From Octopus vulgaris (lineage: Eukaryota), in NCBI GenBank assembly GCA_951406725.2, contig OX597818.1, forward strand, positions 34,968,001 to 35,032,000: a stretch of 64,000 nucleotides of DNA, in the 5' to 3' direction. The notes under the pieces were generated by a model that did no database searches, had not been told where the DNA came from, and worked only from the letters and a program-made list of their open reading frames with translations. Of this stretch, positions 50,100 to 63,689 are shown piece by piece; the stretch's first letter is position 1; each line of letters starts with the position of its first letter. The position numbers were made by a program, and so were the translations under genes.

Positions 50100-50370
50100 G
50101 CCCCCTTCGATGCCAGTGCCCCCTAACTGGCTCCTGTGCTGGTGGCATGTAAAAAATACTATCCAAATGTGATCAATGCCAGGGCCACTTGACTAGCATG
50201 TAAAAAGCACTCACTACACTCTCGGAGTGGTTGGTATTAGGAAGGGCATCCAGCTGTAGAAACATTGAAAGATCATATTGGAGGCTGGTGCAGCCAGCGG
50301 CTTTCCAGACCTCAGTTGAATTATCCAACCCATGCTAGCATGAAAAATGGACGTTAAACGATGATGATGA
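50100..50370 (+). mobile_element. RTE 3' end (family B)
   Basis: Consensus plus GAT tail. Confidence 0.8.
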
Positions 50371-50638
50371 TAATAAATGAACATTGAAATAGGTATAGTC
50401 CGAGGCAATCCCAATGAAGTAAACCTCTGATGAAAGAAATTCCAGCTGTAACCATTGATGTACTTTCAGATGTACCCAAAATTATACTATGTATTGTATT
50501 CTTCAATTTTCAAAAACAGTTGATTGTTATTCCTTGTAGGTTGAGCTGTTACAGAAATACCTTCTTGTTCGCTCATTTTATGCAGTGTTGTGCTAATACA
50601 TAGTGCAGATGTGAACATGTAGCATCTATGTGTGTGCT

Positions 50639-50671
<33 letters not shown>

Positions 50672-51111
50672 ACGTGAGTATATGCATGCACATGTATGTG
50701 TTTAGAAATAGGTTGATAGACAGGTAGATATAGGTATGAGAAGAGCTACGTTATATATTCCTATGATGCTTGTTTTCTAATCTAGTGGTGGCCTGTCCTT
50801 GGGTAGGTCTTGTGCATGTGAACCTTCTCCAGCACTTTCTATACGACTTGGAAGGGCCCTTATCCTTCTCTGTCACTATTACATAGATTACTGGAACTTT
50901 GGCTACCATAATTAGAGCTGGGACGAATACTTGAGTGATTTCCCATTGCCTTCTGCAAAATGGTGAAACAATGGAAGATATTTTTGAAGAAGAATTTTGT
51001 CACCTTATTCATAAAAAGCAGTCACTGTAAGTAATAAGAATAGGAAAAATACCATAAACAATTATAGAAAATGGAGGAGGAGAAAAAGTAAAGAAAATAA
51101 TAAGTATATAC

Positions 51112-51143
51112 ATCTATATCTGTCTGTCTATCTACCTATCTAT

Positions 51144-51216
<73 letters not shown>

Positions 51217-51225
51217 GATATATCG

Positions 51226-51292
<67 letters not shown>

Positions 51293-51331
51293 GATCGATC
51301 GATCGATCTATCTATCTACACACACACACAG
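51112..51331. repeat. (TATC)n compound microsatellite
   Basis: Direct reading. Confidence 0.95.
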
Positions 51332-51648
51332 AACAAATAGTGAGGAATTATGGGATTATCAATCCAGGCAAAATACTTCATAAGCCCTCTGTTGACCCAC
51401 CAGTCTAACAATATTACTCAGATTAGGGAAGAACTTCAAGTAATCTTTTGGTAGGGTCCCACGTTATGGTTCATCACAATTCTATATTGTAAATCCATGG
51501 ATGAGCTTCAGATAAAATGGTTTTTACAGAGCGATATATAAGAAACAAAGTAAAGGTCATTACATATAATTCCTTTATTTGAGCAAATTTGGCTTACAGC
51601 TGTTTCCAGTAGTCGTTATAGACAGGTTTACTCAATAGGTCTATTGAT

Positions 51649-51687
<39 letters not shown>

Positions 51688-51690
<3 letters not shown>

Positions 51691-51832
51691 CCGTCGAAGA
51701 GCTCCGCTCGAAACGTTAAACCCTCCTTCTTCCCTTCTTTCCTGAGCGTCCAATAATACTTTATTTGTTCCACGTCCTCGCGTTGCTGTGCTTTTTTTTG
51801 TTTTTTTTGTGTTTTCTTGTTTGGATTAACTT
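51688..51832 (+). mobile_element. Penelope-like terminal-repeat remnant starting at a hammerhead motif
   Basis: TTT-CCGTCGA-A-GAGC-TCC-GCTC-GAAA-CG-TT-AAA; downstream sequence aligns with 30860-30958; (TA)n on both flanks. Confidence 0.65.
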
Positions 51833-51870
<38 letters not shown>

Positions 51871-51902
51871 ATATGATGGTGATTGTATTATATTATTATA
51901 TG

Positions 51903-52225
51903 CAGCACAGGAGTAGCTGTGTGGTAAGTAGCTTGCTTACCAACCACATGGTTCCGGGTTCAGTCCTCGGGCTGACCAAAACCTTGTGAGTGGATTTGGT
52001 AGATGGAAAGTGAAAGAAGCCCATCATCATTGCTTAACATCCACTTTCCATGCTGGCATGAGTTGGACAGTTTGACCGGGGACTGGTGAGCTAGATGGTT
52101 GCACCAGGCTCCAATCTGATCTGGCAGAGTTTCTACAGCTGGATGCCCTTCCTAACGCCAACCACTCCGAGAGTGTGGTGGGTGCTTTTATGTGCCAGTC
52201 AGGCAGTACTGGCAACGGTCCATTG

Positions 52226-52257
<32 letters not shown>

Positions 52258-52430
52258 ATATGTGTTTACATCCCCCTAACTTAGCGGTTTGGCAAAAAAG
52301 ACTGATAGAATAAGTACTAGACTTACAAACAATAAGTCCTGGTGTCGATTTTTTCAACTGAAGGCTGTGCTCCGGCATGGCCAAAGTCAAATGACTGAAA
52401 CAAGTAAAAGAATAAAAAATAAAAGAATAA
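51903..52430 (+). mobile_element. SINE family A with nested inverted RTE 3' end (52023-52222)
   Basis: Head 51903-52023, tail 52261-52430. Confidence 0.78.
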
Positions 52431-52662
52431 AATCTATACACAATGTTTCCTCTTACAGTAATCATATAGAGTTTCATGACACTGACCTTGGGCAGAGGGA
52501 ACTTACTGGCAGAATGGCTATCATTCACAGTTAGGTTTTAACTGTGAGTCATCATATCATGACTTTCGTTTTGTCTTACAAGTGAAACAGTAATTTATGG
52601 ACTTCCTTGTTGCTTAGTTATTTGCTTTCTCAATTTAGTTTGATAATCCTGTTGAGTTTGGC

Positions 52663-52663
52663 T

Positions 52664-52699
<36 letters not shown>

Positions 52700-52990
52700 G
52701 ATTAACGTCTGTTTTCCATGCTGGCATGGGTTGGACGGTTTAACTGAGGTCTGGAGAGCCAGCGGCTGCACCAGGCTCCAATCTGGTCTGGCAGAGTTTC
52801 TACAGCTGGATGCCCGTCCTAATGCTAACCACTCCAAGAGTGTAGTGGGTGCTTTTTACGTGCCACTGGCACAGGAGCCAGTAAGGCGAGCCTGGCAACG
52901 ATCATGTTCAGATAGTGCTTTTTGTATGCCACCGGCACCGGAGCCAGTCAGGTAGTACTGGCATCGGTCATGATTGGTTGGTGCTTTTTT
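52663..52990 (-). mobile_element. RTE 3' end (family B)
   Basis: (CAT)n plus consensus. Confidence 0.82.
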
Positions 52991-53251
52991 GCTATATTGT
53001 ACTTATAATTATGCCAGCACTCAGACATTAATTGAGTCAAACTTCTTGTTGTTTTAGTGAAGATGAAGTATTGAGCATCAGTGTCAAGGAAATGGTAATT
53101 TCCACACAGGGTATATCTGTTACTGAAGAATAATATTGCCCCGATGATATCAAAATTGTTAATATTATAGTTTTTTACACACACACATGTACATGCACAT
53201 GTATACAGACACAAACACACACACAATCTGTGTGTGCATGTATGTGTGTGA

Positions 53252-53283
<32 letters not shown>

Positions 53284-53289
<6 letters not shown>

Positions 53290-53470
53290 TAAGTAAAAGA
53301 AAAAAGAAAATGGAGAAACTGATGTATATATTTATTTGAACATATTCAATTCTGTACAATGTCAAACTCAAAGGAATTTGAATTTGATATTGTACAGTAT
53401 TGAATATTCTCAAAGAAATTGATATTTATATATCAATTTCTTAAATTTCTTTTTCAGTTCCTTAAATAAT
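53284..53470. repeat. Imperfect fold-back element
   Basis: AATTCTGTACAATGTCAAA pairs with TTTGATATTGTACAGTATT; leader AAGAAAATGGAGAAA shared with 30443 and 44888. Confidence 0.7.
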
Positions 53471-53605
53471 TTGTTCCTATATCCAGCAATGCAAAACTAA
53501 GATCTTTGGTTTTTTACTGTCACTGGATAAAACTGGCAGATTTGGATGCTGACATTCTTTTGAGAGGATTTTATATCCATGGTTTAATTGTGTATGTGTA
53601 TATGT

Positions 53606-53641
<36 letters not shown>

Positions 53642-53897
53642 GGGGGAGAATTCACAAAAAAACAAAAGACGAAGATAGTTGGTGTAGACAAACTGATGTA
53701 TTAGTATAACGCTCAGGAAGTGAAAAAGTCTTTAACGTTTCGAGCCTATGCTCTTCCACAGAAAGGAACACAGAAAGAAACAAGGAAAGAAAATAAAAAT
53801 GTGTAGTGGCTAGCCGGTGAATGCCGGACAGAGGGGTCATGCAGGAGAGCTAGAGATAAGGGGAGATAATAAAGTAGTGGTGATCCCAAAACGAACG
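53642..53897 (-). mobile_element. Penelope-like terminal-repeat remnant with hammerhead motif (53730-53765)
   Basis: Minus strand CTTT-CTGTGGA-A-GAGC-ATAG-GCTC-GAAA-CG-TT-AAAG: perfect stems I and II, A6 replaced by U. Confidence 0.68.
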
Positions 53898-54197
53898 TGT
53901 GCATGTGTGTGTATATATATATGTTTATGTGTATGTGTGCGTGTGCATATATGTATGTGTGTATATATGTATGCATGTATTCCATGAATTCACAATCCAC
54001 AGACCAAGTTTAACATGTTCAACCTCAAAATATGTGAAACCCTACACTTATGTGCACTTATGTGAAAATATGAGCAATTATGTACACACATGCAAAAATG
54101 AACAAAATGCATAATGTAGATATGTATGTAAATATATGTGTGTATGTGTCTGTGTATATATATATAAATATGCATGTGCATGTGTGTGTGAGTGTAT

Positions 54198-54402
54198 GCA
54201 GAAATGTTAGCACGCCGGGCGAAATGCGTTGCCGTATTTCGTCTGCTGTTACATTCCGAGTTCAAATTCCGCCGAGGTCGACTTTGCCTTTCATCCTTCC
54301 GGGGTCGATAAATTAAGTACCAGTTATGCACTGGGGTCGATGTAATCGACTTAATCCTTGTTTGTCTCCCCTGTGTTTAGCCCCTTGTGGGTAGTAAAGA
54401 AA
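54198..54402 (+). mobile_element. SINE family C
   Basis: Consensus match. Confidence 0.85.
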
Positions 54403-54960
54403 TATATATGTATGTGTGTATATATGCATATGTTTATGACACAACATGAAACACAAACTTATAAATATAGAATCCCATGAATTCACAACCCCATGGTCCA
54501 AGTTTAACATGTTTAATGTCAAAATATGCGTAAAATTTGTGAAATTCCACAATTACGTGCATTTATGTGCAAATTCGAACACACTTCAACATGAAGAAAA
54601 TGCATAATGAGGTGTGTGTAAGTGTCTGTTTGTACATATTCTGCAAGGACATTCTGCATCCATGTACATGTGCATATATGTGTGTATTCATATCCATATT
54701 TATATTTATCATTTTGCTGTGTGTCAGTTTGGGGCCGTGGTATGATATAGAAATTTGGTTATTGTTGTGTTTAAGGTTCACAAAAGAATGTAGTTGATGA
54801 AAAATTTAGTTGGTCAGTGGATGTCTATTCAACAGCAATGAAACCCCAGCAATGAAACTGCAATGAAACATCTGCTGACCCAAAAACCTGTGCACCTACA
54901 CACACACACACACTTGCTACATTTACATCTGTCTGTCTGTCTGTCTGTATGTCTGCCTGC

Positions 54961-55019
<59 letters not shown>

Positions 55020-55050
55020 CCTATCTATCTAAGTACAAACATACAAACTG

Positions 55051-55202
<152 letters not shown>

Positions 55203-55228
55203 GTAGATAGATAAATAGACAGACAGAC

Positions 55229-55287
<59 letters not shown>

Positions 55288-55342
55288 CTGACAGACAGAC
55301 ACACATAGATAGACAGACAGACAAACAGATAGATAGATAACT

Positions 55343-55739
55343 TTCTTTATTGGCCACACAGGGCTGAACACAGAGGGGACAAATACAAACGTAGAGCTTT
55401 TCTTTTCGAAAATGAAAAAGCGAAAGAGAAAAAAAAGTAAAATTCCGATCAAAAGGGGTGGGGGGGGAAAAGCAATCAAAAGGGATCGTGTATCACAGAA
55501 GAAATGTTTTAAATGTAAGCAACAAGATTAGGTTTATCTTTGGAAAGAAAAGCCTACGGAAAAGACCACTGTAATCTCAGGCAGGGAGGGAATAAACACA
55601 TGAGAGCAAAGTGCTCTCTCTCTCTTTTTTTGATTTACAGGATCATGCTCAAAGTGGTTTCGTCGCTTGCACACACCATCTTTGCTATATTCACCCACCT
55701 TGTTTTGAAACTTTCACGAGACAAAACTTGTCTTGCCAT

Positions 55740-55740
<1 letters not shown>
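55343..55740 (-). mobile_element. L1/Tx1-like LINE 3' end inside (GATA)n
   Basis: Minus strand RQVLSRESFKTRWVNIAKMVCASDETTLSMIL*, 3' UTR ending TTTGTCCCCTCTGTGTTCAGCCCTGTGTGGCCAATAAAGAA; GATA arrays on both sides; clade assignment is inferred. Confidence 0.62.
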
Positions 55741-55822
<82 letters not shown>

Positions 55823-57596
55823 ATTTATAGATTTGTAAAAGTTTGCTTGAATGAACCTGTGTAATATGACATGTCTATCTTATCACACCTTTCTTATAGA
55901 CTTTGTTCTCAGGTGCTATCTAGTGCAATCAGTGCCCATTAGGTTCAAGTGCTTCTCTGGTCAGGTGTTTCTTTTAGAATTTATATGGCCACCACATAGA
56001 AACAGAAAATCTGGATGTGCAACATATGTGAAAGAAGGCAGTTATAAGTAACTTAAGAAGAGAAAAAACAAAACAAACTGTTAACAAATGGAAGGAAGAG
56101 ATGATCTCTTGGTCTGATGAGGCCTTATGTAATTTTTGCCCTTTTTCTTCATGTATAGAAAAACCAATTTTGGTGATTCTGATAAGTAGGTGTTGTTACT
56201 TTTCAGATGACTTCTGAGAGGAGGGACAAATATTTTATATCTGTTGGTAAGTAATACAACTTTTACTACTGCCTTTCTACCATATTTTTTTTTCCACCTG
56301 TCTTTATAACTATCTCTTCTTGTCTCTACATGTCTATTTGTATTATACACTTATTTGCCATTATGTATCATATACTGTTTAGTCTCTCCAACTCAACACC
56401 AAAGAGACCAATGGACTGATATCACAAAGCATTAATTAGTTTTTATTTTTAAACAATTACTTGTTTAGTAACCAGTATAAAGCAGCATATTATAAATAAA
56501 ACCATATAATACAACATTTATTTTATAATACAACATTCACATGGGGATACAAAATTCTGAGAGAGATGTATGTGTGTTATAATCCATAACTTTTCAAGGA
56601 GTCAATATATATCTGCAGCTGTGGTGGTTCATGTATAGGCACTGCAGAACTGCAGCACCCCCTATTTCCATTCGATATTATCGATAACATTCAATATAAT
56701 GAATCCTTTTTTCTTTAATTCTTTCTTTATACTTGTACATTATATAATCCTAAAGCTTAATGTAAGTAGCCATTCCCTAGTTTATGAAAAAAATATAAAA
56801 ATCCTTGGATAGAACTGTGCACTTCACAGTTCCAGCGAAGTGGTGTTTGGTTTTGTGTGCATGCTCACATGTCCGAGATAGGAAGCTTCACCTTAGGGAG
56901 AGAGAGCACAGCATGAATGATAGTGCCGGGTGGAAGGTAGTGTTTCTTTTTGACATCACATGTGTTGTGCTTAAAAACATATTTATATTCTTGAATGTGA
57001 TAAAGTGTAGAATTAGGTTATTATCCTGCTTCCAGCTTCAATATTGCTGCCAGGATTTGAAAAATAATTACAGATTTTCTACCCTTATTTTGTAATTTGG
57101 TGAAGTTTTTGCAAAACAAAGAGGAATTTGGGGCGGTGTTCAGTGAACAAATTAAACACACTACCTGGCAGTGGCTAAAATACAAACTGATCAAGTTTAT
57201 GCATAAATTTTCTATTTATATGTTTGTTTCCTTTTACACAATATTAAAACAAATGCCTAAAAATTTTCTGAAGCAGCAGCCCCACTAACTTTATCTACAA
57301 GCCACCTCGGATCTGTAGACATAATTTACACTTCAGTTGTTCCCTAATGAAGGTATTTCATTTACTTCTTATAATAAATAGGGAGATGAATGAGCCTGGG
57401 ACTCTTGTGGTCTCACATAATTACTGTTAGTAATTAACAGATATGGCTGTGTAGTAAGGAGCTTGCTTCCCAGCCACATGATATCAGGTTCAGTCCCACT
57501 GTGTGGTATCTTGGGCAAGTATCTTTTACTATAGCTCTGGGCTGAGTGAAGTTTTGTAAATAGTTTTGTTGATAGAATCTGAAAGAAACCTGTCAT

Positions 57597-57627
<31 letters not shown>

Positions 57628-57653
57628 TATGTACATACATACATGTATATATG

Positions 57654-57687
<34 letters not shown>

Positions 57688-57751
57688 CCAAATATATACG
57701 CTTTTATTATTATTATTATATATATATATACATATATATACATACATATTG

Positions 57752-58003
57752 CTGAGAACCCCTTCGGTCATGACTGACCGTAGGATTGCACCTAGAAAGT
57801 TACCCTCCCAGGCACAAGTCTGGGCAAGGTTGTTTATGGAAGACCAGAAGTCGCCCATGCATACCAGCCTCCCCTCTCCACGCCAATAGTGTTATCCAAG
57901 GGAAAGGCAAAGGGCGATACAGCTTGGCACCTGTGACATCGCAACTCATTTCTACAGCTGGAGCAACGTGAAATAAAGTGTCTTGCTCAAGAACACAACA
58001 CGC
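57752..58003 (-). mobile_element. SINE family D, headless
   Basis: Aligns with 34655-34912. Confidence 0.82.
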
Positions 58004-58274
58004 AATGATGATAATGATGACATATATGTGCATATGTGCATCTTCATGCTTGTGTTTGTCCCCCACCTAACAAAACTGGTGTTGGCCTGTTAATATTTCT
58101 GTAACTTAGCAGTAGGGTAAACAAAACCAATAAAACAAGCACTAGGCATAAATACAAGTACTAATGTTGATTTGTCCAAAGAAACCCTTCAAACCCACTG
58201 TCCAACGACTGAAACAAGTTTTGAAGTAAAAGATAAAACAAAACCAAAATAAGACTGTTATGGAATATTCAGAA

Positions 58275-58521
58275 CTGCCAGTGGCACGTAAAAAGCACCA
58301 TCCGTCCGTGGCTGTTTGCCAGCTCCGTCTGGCACCTGTGTGGGTGGCACGTAAAAAGCACCCACTACACTCACGGAGTGGTTGGCGTTAGGAAGGGCAT
58401 CCAGCCATAGAAACACTGCCAGATCAGACTGGGCCTGATGCAGCCTTCTGGCTTCACAGACCCCAGTTGAACTGTCCAACCCATGCTAGCATGGAAAGCA
58501 GACGCTAAACGATGATGATGA
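58275..58521 (+). mobile_element. RTE 3' end (family B)
   Basis: Consensus plus GAT tail. Confidence 0.82.
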
Positions 58522-58940
58522 TATTCACCACAAGAAAGAAAGAGAATTTCATGATGATTATCAGAAATTAGTATTTTTATGGGTAAAACAAAACTTAGTA
58601 ATTAACAGCACAAAATATAAAAAAGAGGCAGTCTTTACTTCTCATTCAGTTCAGCTCTATGTTCTGCGTTCAAATACTACTGAGGTTGACTTTGCCTTTC
58701 ATCCTCTCTGTGGTCTGTACATTCGACTTCCCCTCCCACCTCAAGATTGCTGGCCTTGTGTCAAAGTTAGAAAGGATTATTCATTATTCGGACGTATTGC
58801 AATCATTCAAATTAATAAGCATTCTTCTTGTTCTCTTTTAATCTGTTAAGATTGTTTATTACAAATGGTTTAAAGTGAAAAAATCGATGTGTCATCACCA
58901 CTTTTTACAAGCTTATGTCATAATTGTTATCATCATCATG

Positions 58941-58973
<33 letters not shown>

Positions 58974-59008
58974 ATTTTTATTATAATTATTATTATTATC
59001 ATAATTCA

Positions 59009-59220
59009 GGTGGTGAGCTGGCAGAATCGTTAGCACACTGGACGAAATGCTTAGCAGTATTTCACCTAACGCTACATTCTGAGTTCAAATTCCACCGAGG
59101 TTGACTTTGCCTATCATCCTTTCGGGGCCGATAAATTAAGTACCAGTGAAACACCGGGTTCAAGGTGATCAACTTATCCCTTCCCACAAAATGGCTGCCC
59201 TTGGAGAAAAATTTGAAACC

Positions 59221-59280
<60 letters not shown>

Positions 59281-59482
59281 GTTATTATTATTATTATTAA
59301 GGCAGCAAACTGGCAGAATCTTTAGCACACCAGGCAAAATACTAAGTGGTATTTCATCTTTCTTCACATTCTGAGTTCAAATTCCACCAAGGAGGTCCAA
59401 CTTTGCCTTTCATCCTTTCAGGGTCGATAAATCAACTAGCCCCCTCCCCAAAATTTTAGGCATTGTGCTTATAATAGAAAAG
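59009..59482 (+). mobile_element. Two family C SINEs separated and flanked by (TTA)n
   Basis: Units 59009-59220 and 59301-59482. Confidence 0.8.
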
Positions 59483-59489
59483 ATTATAA

Positions 59490-59520
<31 letters not shown>

Positions 59521-60484
59521 CATCATAATTATTAAGGCGGCAAGTTAGCAGAATTGATAGCACACACACACACACACACAGACATGTATGTCTATATGTA
59601 TGTATATGAATGTGTGTGTGGATGGGGTGTATGTGCATATCGTGTGTGCGTGTTTGTGTTTCCTTGTCTTGACAGTACATGATAGGTGCGAGCAAGAATC
59701 ACCATCATACAAATGATGGTCTTCATTTTCAGCTTTCTGTGTAAAACATGTTTAGTTTTGGGGAAATATTAACTTACTTGGAAACAGTTGAGAGTTGGTG
59801 ACAGGAAGAGTATCCAGCTGAAGAAAATCTGCCTCAATGAATTCTATTTGATACATGCAAGCATGGAATTGTGGACATTCAAATAATTGGTGATGACAAT
59901 GATGTAGATGACAACGATGATGATGATGATGACGACAATGATGACAACGATGATGATGATGTTGATGATGACAATGATGATGATGATGACAATGTTTATA
60001 ATGACAACTAGCTGGCCCTGTGCCGTCATAAATGATGGCTAATTGTAGTATTTTATATATAAATAAGGTACAAAATAATCAGATGCAAATATTCACATAT
60101 TTCCCGTGTACACGCACATGCATACACACACATACACTAGCACAGAGTTGAAATGCTGTTTGATTTTTCTTTTCAGTGTTGAATGTTCACCATCCCATTT
60201 CCATTGCACACACACACACAGACACACACACACACAAACATTCACATGACACCCTTTTACATAACACACACATACACTCACACAAGGTTGAAACACTGTT
60301 TGATTTTTTCTTTTTTTCCACTGTAGAACTTCCATCACCCCACTACCAAATTTGCCTCTACTCCTTCCTTCCTTATTCATCTATCACCCCTTCCTTTCTC
60401 ATTCATATGTTGTGACAGAGAAATACACAACAGTATTATCATAGCAGATGATGAAATCATTTGATCTTTACAATGTTGAATGAT

Positions 60485-60904
60485 AGGCGCAGGAGTGGCT
60501 GTGTGGTAAGTAGCTTGTTTACCAACCACATGGTTCCGGGTTCAGTCCCACTGCATGGCACCTTGGGCAAGTGTCTTCTACTATAGCCTCAGGCCAACCA
60601 AAGCCTTGTGAGTGGATTTGGTAGACGGAAACTGAAAGAAGCCCGTCGTATATATGTATATATATATATGTATATGTATGCGCGTGTGTTTGTGTGTCTG
60701 TGTTTGTCCTCCCACCATTGCTTGACAACCGATGCTGGTGTGTTTATGTCCCTGTCACTTAGTGGTTCGGCAAAAGAGACCGATAGAATAAGTACTGGGC
60801 TTACAAAGAATAAGTCCCAGAGTCAAGTTGCACAATTAAAGGCAGTGCTCCAGCATGGCCGCAGTCAAATGACTGAAACAAGTAAAAGAGTAAAGAGTAA
60901 AGAG
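60485..60904 (+). mobile_element. SINE family A, full length
   Basis: Consensus match. Confidence 0.9.
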
Positions 60905-61204
60905 ATATAAAGTTCAATCATTACAGTTTGATGAGATTGCAAATCTAAAGTTGCTGTTTGTATTAGATATAATTGAGTAACAATCTAAAACATTTCATTA
61001 TATCAATCATTTTTCCTGTTTCAAGAAATCTCAGATTTTTTACTGAGTTCTTTCTCACACTTGCCCTAAGATCTCTCTCTCACCAGTTTGCTGTTCTCAC
61101 ATTTATGCCCGCTCTGATTAATTTACAACCCTATGAAGAAGTCCCTATAGTAGCTAAACTTCCCTCAAATCTCACACTGTCATTTTAAATGTTTGTTCTT
61201 TCTC

Positions 61205-61478
61205 AAGCCACGCCTGGCTCATAAGGGCCAGTTTCCCAGTTTCCTTGGCATATAGGTTCCCCACCTGGACAGGATTTCGGTCTGTTGCAGGTGAGCTGCA
61301 AGATGCAGGAGGAAAGAGTGAGAGAAAGTTGTGGTGAAAGAGTCAGCAGAAGTTTGGCAGTACCTTCTGCCAGAGCCACGTGGAGCTTAGATGTTTTGCT
61401 CATAAACACACACATCGCCCAGTCTGAGATTCGAACCCACGATCCCACTGCTCTAACCACTAGGCCATGTGCCTCCAC
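61205..61478 (-). mobile_element. SINE family E variant with V-domain-like tail
   Basis: tRNA head and GAAAGAGTGAGAGAAAGTTG segment shared with 37945-38255, but a different 3' part. Confidence 0.72.
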
Positions 61479-61537
61479 TCATATTAAATAGGGAAAAGTG
61501 ATATTAGATATAAGGTTTGTCCCAGATACACCTTTAG

Positions 61538-61757
61538 CCCTTTTGTTACTGCATTTATTTTGAGATGCTCTGTGTTTCTTTCAATTACTTTAAATATAAC
61601 AAAAAATTTAGTAAAATAACTTGGTTATCATTAAGCTAGTGTTAGGAACATAAATTGTGACTAAGGTTTGGTGGAAGATTTTTATTCAAAACTTATTAAA
61701 ACAAGACATTCGTACTCAGAGCCAGAATTGGTTTCAGCCGGGTTGGTAACGAAAGCG
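61538..61757. mobile_element. piggyBac-type MITE, complete
   Basis: TTAG|CCCTTTTGTTAC ... GTAACGAAAGCG|TTAA. Confidence 0.8.
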
Positions 61758-61865
61758 TTAATAAGATTTGATGGTCACTGACAGACTCTCATTGATCATT
61801 GGTCTGCTTAATCAGGATTGACATTCAGTCAAACAGAAACTACAGCTTGATCATTTTGTTTTAGT

Positions 61866-62205
61866 CTTTTATTCTTTTACTTGTTTCAGTCATTTGTCTG
61901 TGGCCATACTGGAGCACTGCTTTTAGTCGAGCAAATCAACCTCAGGACTTATTCTTTGTAAGCCTAGTACTTATTTTATCAGTTTCTTTTTGCCGAACTG
62001 CTAAGTTATGGAGACATAAGCACACCAGCGTTGGGGAGACAAAAACAGACACACAAACATTCACACACACACATCATGGGTTTCTTTCAGTTTCAGTCTA
62101 CCAAATCCACTCACAAAGCTCCAGTCAGCCATAGTTGAAGACTGGGACTGAACTTGGAACTATGTGGTTGGGAAGCAAATTTCTTACCACACAGTGATAC
62201 CATGC
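61866..62205 (-). mobile_element. SINE family A
   Basis: Consensus match with deletions. Confidence 0.8.
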
Positions 62206-63239
62206 ATATATACAAACATTATATTCATATGCACATCAAAGTGCACTTTAAAAGTGATAATGATGTTTTTTCAATTACTATAAACACCACACACACACAT
62301 TTATGAATTTATAATATTATATTATAAATATATTATAAATATGATAATTTAAATATAAATTCGCATACATAAATACGTTTTGATATATTAGTGATTCCTT
62401 TGAATAATTAGAGTTTAAAACAGCCAACAAGTTTGTGATTCTTAAATTCAATTCTACTGTAAGCTTTTCCATTCTTGTGGTTGATTTTAGCCATTCCTAC
62501 CTCTTCCTTAATCAAGCAGATCAATGATTAAAGACATTCAACCCATGACCATTCCATTTTTTTTTTATATAATTGATATATTTTGCACTACTTTATCCAA
62601 TTAGCCTTCATTTTACTTTTCTTTTTTTTTTTTCGATGATAGTAGAGAATTATTTCAGAGAGATTTTGTTATCATTTCTAGCAGGTTGATTGATTACAAA
62701 AATTTCCCCTTTTTTGGTTGCCCAGTTTATATTCAAATAGTACAGTAGTTCTATTTACCTTATTTCACCTATCCATTGAGGAACACATACCATATCATAT
62801 GGAGAATGCTTCTTGTAATAGACTAGTATCTTATCCAGGAATATATTTATCCCTCATCTGCTTAATTACTTGCCCTTTAAAATCCTTATGGATTTGATGA
62901 AAATATAAAGAAAATTGAGGTTTCCAGATGACACAGTACATATCTAGCTATTGCATTTGCTCCACCCATTCTCTGTTGATCAGCAAATTGTCATTCTCTA
63001 ATATATAACCTTTTGTGTTTTAATATTCATTTTTCTTTATATGAATTATAAAAATTAAAATATAAATAAATAGGGACAAGGAATGGCTTTGTGGTTAAGG
63101 AAGCATGTTTTGCAGCTTCAAGGTTTTGGGTTCAATCCCATTGCACAGCATCTTGGGCAAGTGTCTTCTACTATAGCCCCAGCTTGAACAATGTCTTGTG
63201 AATGAATCTAGTATATAGGAACGGTGTGGAAGCCCTTTG

Positions 63240-63272
<33 letters not shown>

Positions 63273-63689
63273 ATGTGTATTATTTCCCTGATGAAGGCTG
63301 GTTTATGGGGTTAACCTATGTTTCCTGTTCATAAAGGGTTTAACTTTATGGTGTATTTTCAGACCCCAAGACCTGTTGGCTTATGACCTCTTTAAAATAT
63401 GGAAGGGAAAAGTCTGGATTATCTCCCTTTGCTAATGGCTATTGACTTCCAGCTGGGCTGCCATCGATCAGCTATAAGGATAAACAATATGTGACTACCC
63501 TCCTCTCCTGTTAGCCATCAACTTCTGGCAGTTCCCAAAAAGTCAACAGAAATCTCCTAAATGCAGACATATATGTGTGTATGTGTGTGTGTGTGTATGT
63601 GTGTGTGTATGTGTGTGCGTGTGTGTGTATGTGTGTGCATGCGTGCATGTGTGTGTGTGTGTATGTGTGCACGAGTGTGTGTGTGTCCT

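Noticed and set aside
56113-56125. CTGATGAGGCC hammerhead half
   Set aside because: No matching stem II closure with GAAA downstream
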